Source: a virus. From it: DNA of 12,071 nucleotides. The notes beneath the pieces were generated by a model that searched no databases, was not told where the DNA came from, and worked only from the letters and a program-made list of their open reading frames with translations. Positions 12,037 through 12,071 of the stretch are shown here, piece by piece; the stretch's first letter is position 1, and each line of letters starts with the position of its first letter. The DNA is taken from UHGV virus genome UHGV-0371921; one strand, written 5' to 3'. The position numbers and the translations under genes are program-made.

Positions 12037-12071
12037 GATTTTAACTCCTATCTATCCACGCACTCGTCTGA

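Overview
Read by eye, with no database search. The window looks like a bacteriophage (or phage-like mobile element) segment from a host with E. coli-type expression signals (TTGACA-N16/17-TATAAT-like promoters, GAGG/AGGAG Shine-Dalgarno sites, intrinsic terminators). It has three parts. (1) Positions 1-6438: a rightward block of about 25 tightly packed small genes (27-131 aa) with overlapping stop/start junctions (TAATG at 2037, 3120, 3449; TAAATG at 2770; ATGA at 3733), typical of a phage early or host-takeover region. (2) Positions 6439-8975: a 2.5 kb zone with no convincing ORF in any frame, dense in direct repeats, inverted repeats, iterons and AT-rich DNA. (3) Positions 8976-12036: a leftward block of about 11 small genes, most preceded by a GC-rich stem-loop and a Shine-Dalgarno site. 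The two gene blocks converge on the repeat zone. Only one product is recognisable: a ribosome hibernation factor (HPF/RaiA family) homolog at 621-938. Everything else is hypothetical, but the plus block contains visible paralog pairs of small acidic proteins and several tiny hydrophobic peptides. The most unusual part is the repeat-rich non-coding zone, especially the nested repeat locus at 8065-8322 and the ACTGTTTAC iteron cluster, which I propose as a candidate origin, partition or packaging site. No tRNA, rRNA, CRISPR array, transposase or integrase was found. All homology statements are pattern recognition and need confirmation by search.
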